NCBI GenBank assembly: GCA_036399575.1 | Contig: DASWMV010000191.1 | Coordinates: forward strand, 1,230-65,229 | Direction: 5' to 3' | DNA: 64,000 nt | Source: Abditibacterium sp. | GTDB lineage: Bacteria; Armatimonadota; Abditibacteriia; Abditibacteriales; Abditibacteriaceae | Position numbers and translations under genes: made by a program | Shown here: in pieces, positions 7,519 through 17,267 of the stretch | How the letters are laid out: each line of letters starts with the position of its first letter | How positions within the stretch are numbered: the stretch's first letter is position 1 | Notes under the pieces: model-generated | What the model was told of the DNA's origin: nothing | Database searches by the model: none | The model's input: the letters and a program-made list of their open reading frames with translations, nothing else

Positions 7519-9462
7519 TTATCCGCCGCCAAAAACCTGCTGCGGCGAACGCGGGGTTTCACTTCCAGTTTCACTCCGTTTGCGCTCATCGGGAGTTGCG
7601 GCAGGCAAAAGCACTACAAAATGCGCGCCCGGCCCGCTTTCGTCCTCGTCGCCAATTTCACAAATTGCACCGCCGTGTGCTTCGATGATGCCCTTCACAA
7701 TGGAGAGGCCCAAACCCATTCCCTTCGCTTTTTTGGTGTAAAACGGCGCGAAAACGCGAGCGCGATCCAGTTCTGAAAGCCCTGGCCCATGATCGACGAA
7801 ATCGAAACGTAAAACGGGGCCTGCGAAAGTGGTTTTGGTTAGCGTTGCAAGCGTTTTGGTTTCAGCAAGCGCACTTTTGATGGCGAGTTGACCACCTTCG
7901 GGCTGAAAATCAATCGAATTTTCGATGAGTTCGCCAAAAGCGCGCTTGAGTTTGACTTCATCAGCCAAAATTGGCGGCAATCCCGGCGATAAATTAAGAA
8001 CTAAGTCGATATTGGAGTGTTTGGGAAATGTTTCCGCCGTTACGTTGCGAAGGATCTGGTTGGCGTCACTTTGCGTGGTGTGAAGTTGGGTTGCCAACAC
8101 AAAATCGCGAAATTCACCCAAAATCCCTTCCAACCGATAAATTCCGCGCGTAATATGCGCCGACATTTCACTTGCTTGCTCCCAATCGGGATCGGCGTTA
8201 TCAGTTTTCGATTTGAGAATGTAATTTAGCTCGTTTAAATGGCCTTTTACACCGAAAACTGTGTTGCCGATCATATGAGCGGCGCGCGCGCTCATTTCGC
8301 CCCACGCCGCCATGCGCTCGGCGTTTAAGAGCCGCGTTGTGAGCCGCGTGCGGTCGATAGCGACCGCTAGTTGCCCTGCAAGCGTTACCAAAACATCTTC
8401 GTCGGCCTGAGTGAAGTTTTGAGGCAAAAAATACAGTGAGCCCTTGCGATGGCGCACTACCCGCAAAACGCCCGGTTTGAGGCGATGAGTGTGGACCGGA
8501 ACCGCCATAACCGCCGCGATTTCGCCTGCTGGCGCTTCCATGAACAGCCCTTTCCAACGATTGTCGGTGCGCGGGTCGCCAACACGAATGACACGCCCGT
8601 TTTGCGCGACCCAGCCCGTGAGTCCTTCGCCGATGCGGTATTTTGCGGTGTGCTGGCCCGCCTGTTCTTCCAATGGACCGTGTGAGGCCACGAGTTCTAG
8701 AAACTCGGCGGCTTCATCCATCAAAAACAGGCTGCAATCGTCGGCGCGCAAGATTTTGGTCGCTTGCTGCACAACATCGTGAATCAGCGCATCCAAGTCG
8801 GCCATCGAGTTGAAATCGCGGCCAATGGCAATAAGAGCTTCTTCGCGCAATTGATGCTCGGCCATCGCCACCACAATCGCCGCGCGGCGCGTTAGCGGGG
8901 CCAAAAGCCGCGCGTGGTCTTCGCCAAACACATCACCCTCGCTCGATTCGATGTTGATGACGCCAATGGCAGCGCCGTCGGTGGTTAGAATCGGCACCGC
9001 AATTTCCGATTTCACATCATCAAAAAAACCGATGTAATGAGGGTCACACGAAACATCTCCGGTCCAATAAGCCCGCCCATTCACGACTACGTGCCGCGTG
9101 ATGCCGCGCCGCGCCGCGCCACCGTTGGGAACGGTTTGCACATTGACTCGAAGCCGCCGAATATCGTCAGTCCAACCCTCGCCAGCCGTAAATCGCAGCG
9201 CCAGTTCGCCCGAGACCATGTCCACAAGCGCTAAAAATGCGCGATTGCCGCCGACAAGCAGCATCGCTTCTTCGAGCGTCGCTTTAAGCAGTTCATCGGC
9301 TTCCGCCAACGACGTTTGCGAAAGTTCGACATCGAAGTCGTCAGGATCGAACGCCGCACCAGGCAAAGCGGCATCGGCCAACGAGCCCGTTGCGTGCCCC
9401 ACAATCTGGTTTGCGTCAGGCGGAATTTCTCCAGACGGAAGGCTCGAAATCGAATCGTTCAT
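7519..9462 (-). CDS. Cytoplasmic sensor histidine kinase, GAF-GAF-HisKA-HATPase
   Basis: Two GAF-like regions, an H-box MSARAAHMIGN, an N-box LIENSIDF, and G-boxes DHGPGL and GMGLGLSIVKGIIEAHGG. No TM segment. Confidence 0.9.
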   Translation of the reverse strand: MNDSISSLPSGEIPPDANQIVGHATGSLADAALPGAAFDPDDFDVELSQTSLAEADELLKATLEEAMLLVGGNRAFLALVDMVSGELALRFTAGEGWTDDIRRLRVNVQTVPNGGAARRGITRHVVVNGRAYWTGDVSCDPHYIGFFDDVKSEIAVPILTTDGAAIGVINIESSEGDVFGEDHARLLAPLTRRAAIVVAMAEHQLREEALIAIGRDFNSMADLDALIHDVVQQATKILRADDCSLFLMDEAAEFLELVASHGPLEEQAGQHTAKYRIGEGLTGWVAQNGRVIRVGDPRTDNRWKGLFMEAPAGEIAAVMAVPVHTHRLKPGVLRVVRHRKGSLYFLPQNFTQADEDVLVTLAGQLAVAIDRTRLTTRLLNAERMAAWGEMSARAAHMIGNTVFGVKGHLNELNYILKSKTDNADPDWEQASEMSAHITRGIYRLEGILGEFRDFVLATQLHTTQSDANQILRNVTAETFPKHSNIDLVLNLSPGLPPILADEVKLKRAFGELIENSIDFQPEGGQLAIKSALAETKTLATLTKTTFAGPVLRFDFVDHGPGLSELDRARVFAPFYTKKAKGMGLGLSIVKGIIEAHGGAICEIGDEDESGPGAHFVVLLPAATPDERKRSETGSETPRSPQQVFGGG

Positions 9463-9490
9463 GGTGCGTTTTTGTATTTGAAACGGGATT

Positions 9491-9524
9491 TTTTCTGGGA
9501 GCCCTTCGGTGGACTCCCAGAAAA
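9491..9524 (-). terminator. Hairpin downstream of the 9529..10500 gene (weak U-tract)
   Basis: Stem ttttctgggag (9491..9501) pairs with ctcccagaaaa (9514..9524). Confidence 0.4.
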
Positions 9525-9528
9525 ATTC

Positions 9529-10500
9529 TTATTTTCCCATCAAAGGCATCATTTCCGCGCTTCCAAAAACGCCATAGACGCCGCGATTTCGCAGCCACTG
9601 CGCGCGATTGAGATAGCCCAACGCCGTGCCACACACATTCGCCGCCATCGTGGTCTCGTCGCCCAGAATGAATTTGTGTTCGCTGCGCTGGCCATCGAAA
9701 GTGATTCCCGTCAGCGTCATCGTTGTCGAAACCGGTTTTTGAGCGTTGCGCGTGTCCATGACGCCGCCCACCGTAACTTGATCGCGTTCGCAGATTCCAG
9801 CGCGCTCCAACATCACATCGTCGGCGTGTTCCATATTGTAAAGCGTGAGTTTGCCGTCGCTTTCGCCCAGAATCGCTTCGACTTCGCTATCGGTGAGCAG
9901 TTTGGCGCTATCGACATCGAAACCTGGCAAATGCGCGATATCTTCGCGAATTGTGGCTTTATAGTCGTCCCAGCGCGCGATGCCAACGCCCCACCAGATG
10001 TGAACTTTCTCAACTTTGACAAACGACTGCGCCGCCAGCGCCGCCGCTGCTGTTAATAGCCCTGGAGTCGCGCCGCAACCACTCAGAAAAGTGCATTTGT
10101 GGTCGCGCAGCAGTTCATCCAGCTCGAAAATCATTTCCATCGCGCGCGTGCGCTTGAGCGCATCGACAAGGGCGCCCTCGAAACCGCCCTCGACAAACCG
10201 CTGCACAACACATGGAATGAAATCGTTGGGCAAATTGGGCAACGCAATAAAAACGCCGTCATATTCGTCTTTGCGCGCGATGATTTCGCCGATGGAGTCG
10301 CTCGAACGCTCTCCGCCGCGCATTTGCGAGACCGAGCCGCCGACTTTGACGTTTTGCAGTTCGTTGGCATCAATTCCGTCAGCATTGAAGACGAAACCGC
10401 CCGCATCGGCGACAGCGACGAGCGTGGAATCAGTTTTTTGAGCGATGATTTGCGCGGCAGCTTTTCCCAGCCCGCCGGCACCTAAAATTGCGATTTTCAT
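9529..10500 (-). CDS. NAD(P)-binding oxidoreductase, saccharopine-dehydrogenase-like fold (function uncertain)
   Basis: Rossmann start MKIAILGAGGLGKAAAQII. The C-terminal domain has no motif I can assign precisely. Confidence 0.5.
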   Translation of the reverse strand: MKIAILGAGGLGKAAAQIIAQKTDSTLVAVADAGGFVFNADGIDANELQNVKVGGSVSQMRGGERSSDSIGEIIARKDEYDGVFIALPNLPNDFIPCVVQRFVEGGFEGALVDALKRTRAMEMIFELDELLRDHKCTFLSGCGATPGLLTAAAALAAQSFVKVEKVHIWWGVGIARWDDYKATIREDIAHLPGFDVDSAKLLTDSEVEAILGESDGKLTLYNMEHADDVMLERAGICERDQVTVGGVMDTRNAQKPVSTTMTLTGITFDGQRSEHKFILGDETTMAANVCGTALGYLNRAQWLRNRGVYGVFGSAEMMPLMGK

Positions 10501-10648
10501 AATTTGGTTTAGGCCACAGAGAAGGCACGAAGTGGCATAGGGGATTTTAAAAGGTTACAGGCACCCGCGCTTGATGCCGAGTTTTAGAGCGTCGAAAAAG
10601 CCAAGTTTTGCTTTTTCATTTTATGAAGATTCTCCGAATTCTCTGCGA

Positions 10649-11683
10649 CTAAGATTTCTCCAAAACCAGCACACCAATGTGTCCACCGAAGCCATAACTC
10701 AAACTTAAACACGTTCCGATTTCGATTTTTCGCGCTTCGCCCCGAACGAAATCGGCTTCTAAATCTGTTTCTTCCAAATTTAAAGTTGGCGGCGCGAAAC
10801 CATCGCGCATCGCTCCTAAACAAATCACGGCCTCAATGGCGCCTGCTGCGCCCAGTAAATGACCGGTCAGGGGTTTGGTTGAAGAAATCGGCACGCTCGT
10901 GCCAAAAACACTTTTAATCGCGCGTGTTTCGATGGCGTCGTTTACCGTCGCAGTGCCGTGAGCGTTGATGTAATCAATTTGGGGATTTCCGGCCATGTTG
11001 AGCGCATTTTCAATCGCGCGTGCGATGGAATCGCCGCTTGGGCACATCGAAGTCATGTGATGTGCGTCGCAGTGGAGCGAATAGCCCGTTAAAAACCCAT
11101 GAATCTCGGCGCCGCGATTGCGGGCGCGCGCTTCACTTTCCAGAAGCAGGATTGCCGATCCAAACGACGGCAAAAAACCGTCGCGTCGCGTGTCGAAGGG
11201 CCGCATGACGCCCGATTTGGAAAGCGCGCCCATGTTGCGATAAGCGGCCAAGATTTCTGGCGGCTGCAGTTTTTCGCTGGCCCCAGCTAAAACTAGTTCG
11301 TATTGGCCGCGCGAAATCATCGCGGCGCCCAGAGCAAGCGCGTGAGCACCCGTCGCGCACGCGGCAACCGGACATAAAACCGCGCTAGAAACGAAACCAT
11401 GACGCGCGATTTGTAGCGCGTCGGTTTCATAAGCGCGTGCGTCATCAAAACCGCAAAATGGCGCGTAACCTTTGGAACTGCCAAACGAAACCGCGCATTG
11501 CGGGCGAGTTTCAGAGTAAAAACCGGCGTCACGCAGCAGCATTTTGCCCCACTGAGGCGCAAAACCGTCGCGCGAAAATTTTGGGCCTTGCAACTGGCCG
11601 CAATTGGCGTATCGAGAACCCCAAAACCGATTTTCGGCACCGAAAATCGATTGAGCGATGAATCCCGTGATGGCGACGCGCAT
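10649..11683 (-). CDS. Beta-ketoacyl-ACP synthase family protein (KAS I/II type, N-terminally shortened)
   Basis: Catalytic triad context: VAACATGAHAL (Cys), CDAHHMT (His), NAHGTAT (His). C-terminal GFGGHIGVLVL. Only 344 aa against about 410 for FabF/FabB. Confidence 0.8.
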   Translation of the reverse strand: MRVAITGFIAQSIFGAENRFWGSRYANCGQLQGPKFSRDGFAPQWGKMLLRDAGFYSETRPQCAVSFGSSKGYAPFCGFDDARAYETDALQIARHGFVSSAVLCPVAACATGAHALALGAAMISRGQYELVLAGASEKLQPPEILAAYRNMGALSKSGVMRPFDTRRDGFLPSFGSAILLLESEARARNRGAEIHGFLTGYSLHCDAHHMTSMCPSGDSIARAIENALNMAGNPQIDYINAHGTATVNDAIETRAIKSVFGTSVPISSTKPLTGHLLGAAGAIEAVICLGAMRDGFAPPTLNLEETDLEADFVRGEARKIEIGTCLSLSYGFGGHIGVLVLEKS

Positions 11684-11723
11684 AATCTAAATTTGGAGCG
11701 CGAGCATCCCTGCTCGTTCTCCT

Positions 11724-12410
11724 TTAAATCCGGCAATCAGGCCGCAAAACCTGGCCCGATGTATTTGAGTTCAACAGCCACAAACACAACGCCGCAAAAC
11801 TTTGCGGTGCATCCGCGTCAGGGATTAGGTTTTCCGCGCTACGTCGCGCTAAAATCGCGGGCGAAAGCGATTCCGACAGCGCCGAAATCGCAAATCCAGG
11901 GCAAACCGCGTTGACGGCGATTTTTTTCTCGCGGCCTTCAAGGGCAGCCGTTTTCATGAGGCCAAAAATCGCCGCTTTGCTTGCTCCGTAGGCGCTCTGG
12001 CCCACGAAACCGCGCTCTGCAACGCGCGAAGCCACCAAAATCAGCTTTCCATCGCGTGGCAAATTGGAAAGTGCGGCGCGCGTCACGAGAAATGCGCTTT
12101 GCAAGTTGGTTTGAAGCTGAAAACTCCAGTTCTGGGTTGAAACGCGCGGCAAAAGCGCGTCGTGGCTCGCTCCTGCGAGATGATAAACAGCGTCAAAGCG
12201 AGTTTGGAATAACGTTTCAACGCTGTTTTCAATACTCACATCGCCGCGTGCGAGTTGGCAACCAGTTTTTTGAGCCAAAAGTGCAGCGCGTTTTTCGTCG
12301 TGACAGAAGTTGGCGACGACTTCGCAATTAGCCTCGCGGAGCGCCGCGACGAGAGCGCTTCCCAGAACTCCGGTCGCGCCCGTCACCAAAACACATTTTT
12401 TTTGATTCAT
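11724..12410 (-). CDS. SDR-family oxidoreductase, 3-ketoacyl-ACP reductase-like
   Basis: TGATGVLG (TGxxxGxG) and YGASK (YxxxK). ATG at 12410 (MNQKKCVLVTG) lies inside ORF 11724..12596. It is 40 nt upstream of the KAS gene. Confidence 0.8.
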   Translation of the reverse strand: MNQKKCVLVTGATGVLGSALVAALREANCEVVANFCHDEKRAALLAQKTGCQLARGDVSIENSVETLFQTRFDAVYHLAGASHDALLPRVSTQNWSFQLQTNLQSAFLVTRAALSNLPRDGKLILVASRVAERGFVGQSAYGASKAAIFGLMKTAALEGREKKIAVNAVCPGFAISALSESLSPAILARRSAENLIPDADAPQSFAALCLWLLNSNTSGQVLRPDCRI

Positions 12411-12449
12411 TTTTGCGGCGCGCAGAGTGTATCGCTCACACTGGCGACC

Positions 12450-13277
12450 ATGATTTGGCTCAACGGCAAACTGCAAGAAAACGGCGTTCTGGACGCCACA
12501 AATGCCGCTACCCTGCTCGGTTGGGGCGTTTTTACAACCGTTGGGATTCGAGACGGCGCCCCAACATTTTTGCGGCGCCATTTCGAGCGTTTGCAACGCG
12601 ACGCCCGTGCCGCTGACATCGAATTTGTCTGGAAATCACAAAAAATTGAACAGGGATTAACAGAAGTTTTGCGCGCTCAAAAAGTCGTTGACGGCCTCGC
12701 ACGACTTACATTGACACAGCGCGGCGACGGACGTTGGAAAACACAAATAGGAGCCGACTTATCGATTATGGCGCTCGCTGCGCCGCCGCAAAACCAGCCG
12801 ATGCGCGCTCAACTGTCGCCTTATCGCGTAGAAGCGAAAAGGCCACTTGTAGGTGTAAAAACAACAGCTTACCTGCCCTATTTGTGGGCTTGGCGCGAAG
12901 CCAAATCGAATGGATTCGACGAAGCGATCATGCGAAATGGCGGCGACTTTTTGTGCGAAGGCGCCCGTTCGAGCCTGTTTTGGATAGAGAACAACGAGTT
13001 ATGGACGTCGGCGCCGCAAACCGGATGTTTACTCGGCGTCGGACGCGATTTGGTGCTCGAATGGGCCAGGTTAAAACAAATTTCCGTTCACGAAGGCGAA
13101 TTCGAGTCCGCAAAGATCGAAACCGCGCAAGAAATATGGCTCGTTTCTGCGGCTGGAGGTGTGCGAGCCGTATCAAGTTGGCACGACGAAAACGGTGCTC
13201 TTATTTGGCAACGCTGCCACAAAACTTTGTGGCAAAACGAACTACTCGACTGGTGGGAAATTCAAAGCAAGGTTTAA
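12450..13277 (+). CDS. Aminotransferase class IV family protein (aminodeoxychorismate lyase / BCAT-like)
   Basis: MIWLNGKL...LLGWGVFTTVGIRDG...FLRRHFERLQRDA and ...GVKTTAYLPYLWAWREAK...EAIMRNGGDFLCEGARSSLFWI are typical of the fold-type IV PLP family. ATG at 12450 lies inside ORF 12255..13277. Confidence 0.7.
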   Translation: MIWLNGKLQENGVLDATNAATLLGWGVFTTVGIRDGAPTFLRRHFERLQRDARAADIEFVWKSQKIEQGLTEVLRAQKVVDGLARLTLTQRGDGRWKTQIGADLSIMALAAPPQNQPMRAQLSPYRVEAKRPLVGVKTTAYLPYLWAWREAKSNGFDEAIMRNGGDFLCEGARSSLFWIENNELWTSAPQTGCLLGVGRDLVLEWARLKQISVHEGEFESAKIETAQEIWLVSAAGGVRAVSSWHDENGALIWQRCHKTLWQNELLDWWEIQSKV

Positions 13278-13328
13278 GATCAAAAAGGCAAAACGAGGTT
13301 TCCTAAACCCAATTTTGCCTTTTATTTT

Positions 13329-14588
13329 TCAACTTTTGGCTTCTTCATCCTCAGGAGCAAGGGCGGCGCGCAAATCATCGACTGCGGAGCGCATTTCATC
13401 GACGCGGGTATCATTTTCCCAATCGGCCAACAAAACCGTGTGGGTTGGTGGTGGCAACGAAGGCAGTGCCACCCGTGATGGTTGGGCATCAGAATCGGTT
13501 GTTCCGTTGAAGCGTGGTGCACGCATCGTAGTTTGAAAGCGCACCGCGCGCAAATTGGGCACGTCTTGCTCGTCGGACAGAGTGGCAGGACGCGAAGGAA
13601 TTTGGGGAGGCCTCGCGGCACGCGCAATGGAAACGCGCGCTGGACGTTCGACAACAGGTGCTTCGACAACAACCGTTTTTACAACTCGTGTTGTTACTAC
13701 GCGAATCGGCGCGCGCACAGGTGTTGTGGCTTTAATCGGCACCACAACAGTTTTCAGTTCGCGCTGGTTGTCGCGGCGTGGCGCGAGAGGAGCATCACTT
13801 GTATCGCGAAGTCCAAAAGTGGCGGGAATTGCACGAGAAGAACGTTTCTCAGCGAAGATTTCCGAGCGTGGCTCGTCGTCGCGCACGCGTTCGCGTGGCG
13901 CAGCAAGGTTCATAATTACAGGCCGCAGAGGCTCCGAAATCTCGCGCGTGGCGGTGACGCGCGTTTTCACGGGTGCAATGCGGCCCTTTTTCGACACAAC
14001 GGGCCTGACAACAGGCGTTTTTTCCAGCGCGCGAACAACGCGAGGCGCGGAAGCAGACGCCACTGGCGCTTCCACGGAAGCGGTAGGTGGAACGAAAAAC
14101 GAGTCACGCTGGAGGGCGATTAGCCACAGGGCCACCGCGGGTGCGGCCAGCGAAGGCAATGACAAAAAAGTCCACTTGGTGCGTTTTTGAATGCTGGTCG
14201 AAGCCGTTGGAGCCGTGGCGCGCGTGGTGCGCGCGAGGATTTGAGCGGTCAAATCTGTCGGCGCGCCTGAAACGGAGCGAGATGGCGAAAAAGATGGCTT
14301 GCGGCGCGTAAAGGCGGCCAAACGACAGGCCATCAAAACCCGCCACAATTGCGTGGGAGGCGGCGCAGGAACGGGAACGGCGCGCAGTAAATCGCGTGAA
14401 CGATTCCAATCGAGCCAGCGCTGTGCACACATCTGGCAAACCACCAGATGGGCGCGGGCGCGCCGCGCTTGCTCTTCACTTGCCTCCCCATCGAAAAGCG
14501 CCATGACAAATGGCGCCAGCGCCTCGCAGTTGTCGTGCGAAGAAGGGTTTTGCTCGCGTGAGTCGAAATCGCTCCAGTGAAATTGCAT
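13329..14588 (-). CDS. Putative zf-HC2 anti-sigma factor, single-pass membrane protein
   Basis: H-x3-C-x2-C motif AHLVVCQMCAQRW near the N-terminus. TM segment WTFLSLPSLAAPAVALWLIAL. Long Pro/Arg/Val-rich extracytoplasmic region. Confidence 0.6.
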   Translation of the reverse strand: MQFHWSDFDSREQNPSSHDNCEALAPFVMALFDGEASEEQARRARAHLVVCQMCAQRWLDWNRSRDLLRAVPVPAPPPTQLWRVLMACRLAAFTRRKPSFSPSRSVSGAPTDLTAQILARTTRATAPTASTSIQKRTKWTFLSLPSLAAPAVALWLIALQRDSFFVPPTASVEAPVASASAPRVVRALEKTPVVRPVVSKKGRIAPVKTRVTATREISEPLRPVIMNLAAPRERVRDDEPRSEIFAEKRSSRAIPATFGLRDTSDAPLAPRRDNQRELKTVVVPIKATTPVRAPIRVVTTRVVKTVVVEAPVVERPARVSIARAARPPQIPSRPATLSDEQDVPNLRAVRFQTTMRAPRFNGTTDSDAQPSRVALPSLPPPTHTVLLADWENDTRVDEMRSAVDDLRAALAPEDEEAKS

Positions 14589-14732
14589 TACGAAAAAGGA
14601 GAAAACGATAGAACTTCATCGCTTTCCAACGTGGCCTGTGCTTTTAGAGGCGCGGCGTAGCGCAGTGTTGCACTGTTCACTGTCATTTTAGAACCCACAA
14701 TTCGACAATGGCAACAATCAGCGGACACGATT

Positions 14733-17000
14733 TCAACCTCGGTTGGGAAATTGGCGTGGACCAAACTGTGCGTTGCGCCAATTGAGGAAAAGGTCGTCCT
14801 GAGTGCCTTCGGTAGTCGCTTCGAGCGCTGCATCAATGGTTTGGCCCGCGCCCAAACGCTGCAAAGTTTCGACAACCGCTCCGGCTCCAAACTCTCGATA
14901 AAAATAGGTCGTGATGGCGGAAGCCTGTAACTGCGCAACTCGGTAGCGGACAGGATCGGTGGGTATGCTACCGAACTGCGCGGGCGTCAAAAGCGCACCA
15001 ACCTGGGCGAATTGTTCGAGAGGCCGATTGTCAGGGGCAGTCTCAATTTGGCCTAACAGCGCCAGATTGACCAGATTTTCCAGCCCCAATTGCAACCAGA
15101 CCGGCACGCGCGAACCGCCCTCATCAAGCGCATTGAGCAACACATAAGAATGCAAGCGGGCCAGCACACTCGCCGTATTGTTTCCAATTGCAAAAGCGGT
15201 TGTCTCGCCGGTCTGCGGATTATTTTGCGCCAGAGGAATCGAGGGCAACGCCACCAATATCAAGCGCTGGCCGAGCACATCGCCCGCCGCTCCCGCCGGA
15301 AGCGGCACTGTGGGTTGCTCAAGACCAAGTGCCCCACGATAGCGCGCAAAAGTTTGAGCATTGGGAAAGAGTAAGATCTCTTCGCGGTCGCCGCGCCAGC
15401 CGAAATTACGCGCATCAGCGAGCGCTTGCACGCTTAAAATGACGAGTTCTGCCGATGCATCGTTGGCGAAAGATCGTAGCGTAATAGCCGCATCTCCAAC
15501 GCCAAATTGCTGCGCGACTGGCGGCTCCAGCGCAAAAACCTGCGAAATTCCGGCTAATTTGACGCTCCATTGCCGCAAAGTTGTAGCGCTAATGGCGCTG
15601 GCCGCATTAGAAGACGCGGGAGCAGCCGGGTTATTTTGAATCGCGCGCCTTGTCTGAGCCAGAGAAAAACTGCGTGCGGCGTCCGCGAGCAGTTGGGCGC
15701 GCCGAATCGAACTTTGATTGATATTTTGGGCCGCGCCCGCCAGCAGAACGCCGCGCCACAACGCGATTTCGCTGGCATCAGCCGAATTCTCAGGCGCGAA
15801 ATCGGTGGCCGCATCAAGCGCGCGCGATGCGCTTTCGCCATCAGCACGACTGAGGAACAAACGCGCGCGCAATACATTGATCGCCACGCTGGCTTGGTCG
15901 CCACCGGCGCGCAGAGCCGTCACATAGCTCCGGGCTTCATCGGTGCCTAAAAACAAACGGGAAACACCCGCAACCGCATCTTCTGTGATGTTTCCGTCGT
16001 TGACAGCATCGTTTTGCACTTCGCCAAGTGGCGCAGTTACAGTGGGAGCGACTGGCACAGCCGCTGTGGTGCCAAATGCCGGCAATGCGGGCGCGGCAAC
16101 CGGTCCCGCTGCCTTTGCGGCCTCATCGAGTGCAGATGTCAAGGCGGTTGGCGAATTGGCGCCGTTTTCTACCAAATTAGCGGGAATGGCGACCCACTTT
16201 CGACTCGCGCGGTTGGCAGGAGAAAGAAGTCTCAACAAATTGCGCGCGAATAGCGCACCATCGGCGCGTTTTTGGTCGACGAAATCGGGAGCGAAAACGG
16301 CGAAACCGCGACCAAAAGGGGCAATCGCAGCAGCATAAAGCGGCCCATTGAGATTGGAAGCGAGGTCGGAAATCTGCAAAAGCGGAGTGCCAGCAGGATG
16401 GCCTACCACCAAATGATCGCCTTCACGTGCCTCATAAAAAACAAGATTTACGCCCGGCAATTGGGTTTGGTCGGTGTTGGGAGTGCGCCGCGTAATTGTT
16501 GTGCCATCGTCCCACAATAGCGGATGTGCGCCAAAAGGCAGGGCCGCGCGCGCACGTCCGAAAAGTTGTCCCGCCGCCCGATTGGTCCCTGTGCGTGCTT
16601 CAATGGTTGTGAAACCAAACGCGCGCGCGGCTCCTGTATGCAAAAACACCGTTCCGCCGTTTTGCACATAGCGCAGCAAAGCAACGCGCGCGGGAGCATT
16701 ATCTTCAAACTCTGCCTCACTTGCGCGTAGCGAAACTGCCCCTGGGCCTCCCGCGCGTGCCAAAACAGCAGGAAGTTGGGCGAGCGCTTCCGCTTCGGCG
16801 ACATAAACGCGCGACGACGCGGCAGGCGCTACACCATTGGGCGCGATTTCACCTGGAACGACGGGATTAGGTATTTCGGTCGCACCGTCACGCGGCCCCG
16901 TTTCCGGGAGTAGATCGTTGTCGGGCGCGTCCTGGGCTGCGGCGGGGGCTGCTAATGCGAGTAAAAGGGCAGACCAAACAGGCCATTGTAGGGTTTTCAT
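14733..17000 (-). CDS. Large exported hypothetical protein (756 aa)
   Basis: ATG at 17000 gives the signal peptide MKTLQWPVWSALLLALAAPAAAQDA. Ala-rich. No family motif recognised. Confidence 0.6.
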   Translation of the reverse strand: MKTLQWPVWSALLLALAAPAAAQDAPDNDLLPETGPRDGATEIPNPVVPGEIAPNGVAPAASSRVYVAEAEALAQLPAVLARAGGPGAVSLRASEAEFEDNAPARVALLRYVQNGGTVFLHTGAARAFGFTTIEARTGTNRAAGQLFGRARAALPFGAHPLLWDDGTTITRRTPNTDQTQLPGVNLVFYEAREGDHLVVGHPAGTPLLQISDLASNLNGPLYAAAIAPFGRGFAVFAPDFVDQKRADGALFARNLLRLLSPANRASRKWVAIPANLVENGANSPTALTSALDEAAKAAGPVAAPALPAFGTTAAVPVAPTVTAPLGEVQNDAVNDGNITEDAVAGVSRLFLGTDEARSYVTALRAGGDQASVAINVLRARLFLSRADGESASRALDAATDFAPENSADASEIALWRGVLLAGAAQNINQSSIRRAQLLADAARSFSLAQTRRAIQNNPAAPASSNAASAISATTLRQWSVKLAGISQVFALEPPVAQQFGVGDAAITLRSFANDASAELVILSVQALADARNFGWRGDREEILLFPNAQTFARYRGALGLEQPTVPLPAGAAGDVLGQRLILVALPSIPLAQNNPQTGETTAFAIGNNTASVLARLHSYVLLNALDEGGSRVPVWLQLGLENLVNLALLGQIETAPDNRPLEQFAQVGALLTPAQFGSIPTDPVRYRVAQLQASAITTYFYREFGAGAVVETLQRLGAGQTIDAALEATTEGTQDDLFLNWRNAQFGPRQFPNRG

Positions 17001-17267
17001 AGCGGGGAAATTGGCAAATTGCTCAACACAGGTCGGACGCATTTGATTCGCAAAATTCATTAAAAACCTGCTCGCCAAACACATCGATGTCTCACTCGAT
17101 TTTGTTGACTCACGGTTCTGACGATTCGGCATATTTTACGGTGCGACAGAGAAAATCCCTTCACTTCAACTACCGCAGAATTCTGCTTTGACGTGCGGGC
17201 CAATCGGCGCGTAATGCGTCTATTTTTTGCCTCAAGCAGTTAGAACGACTTTTCATCCCTTTGTTTT

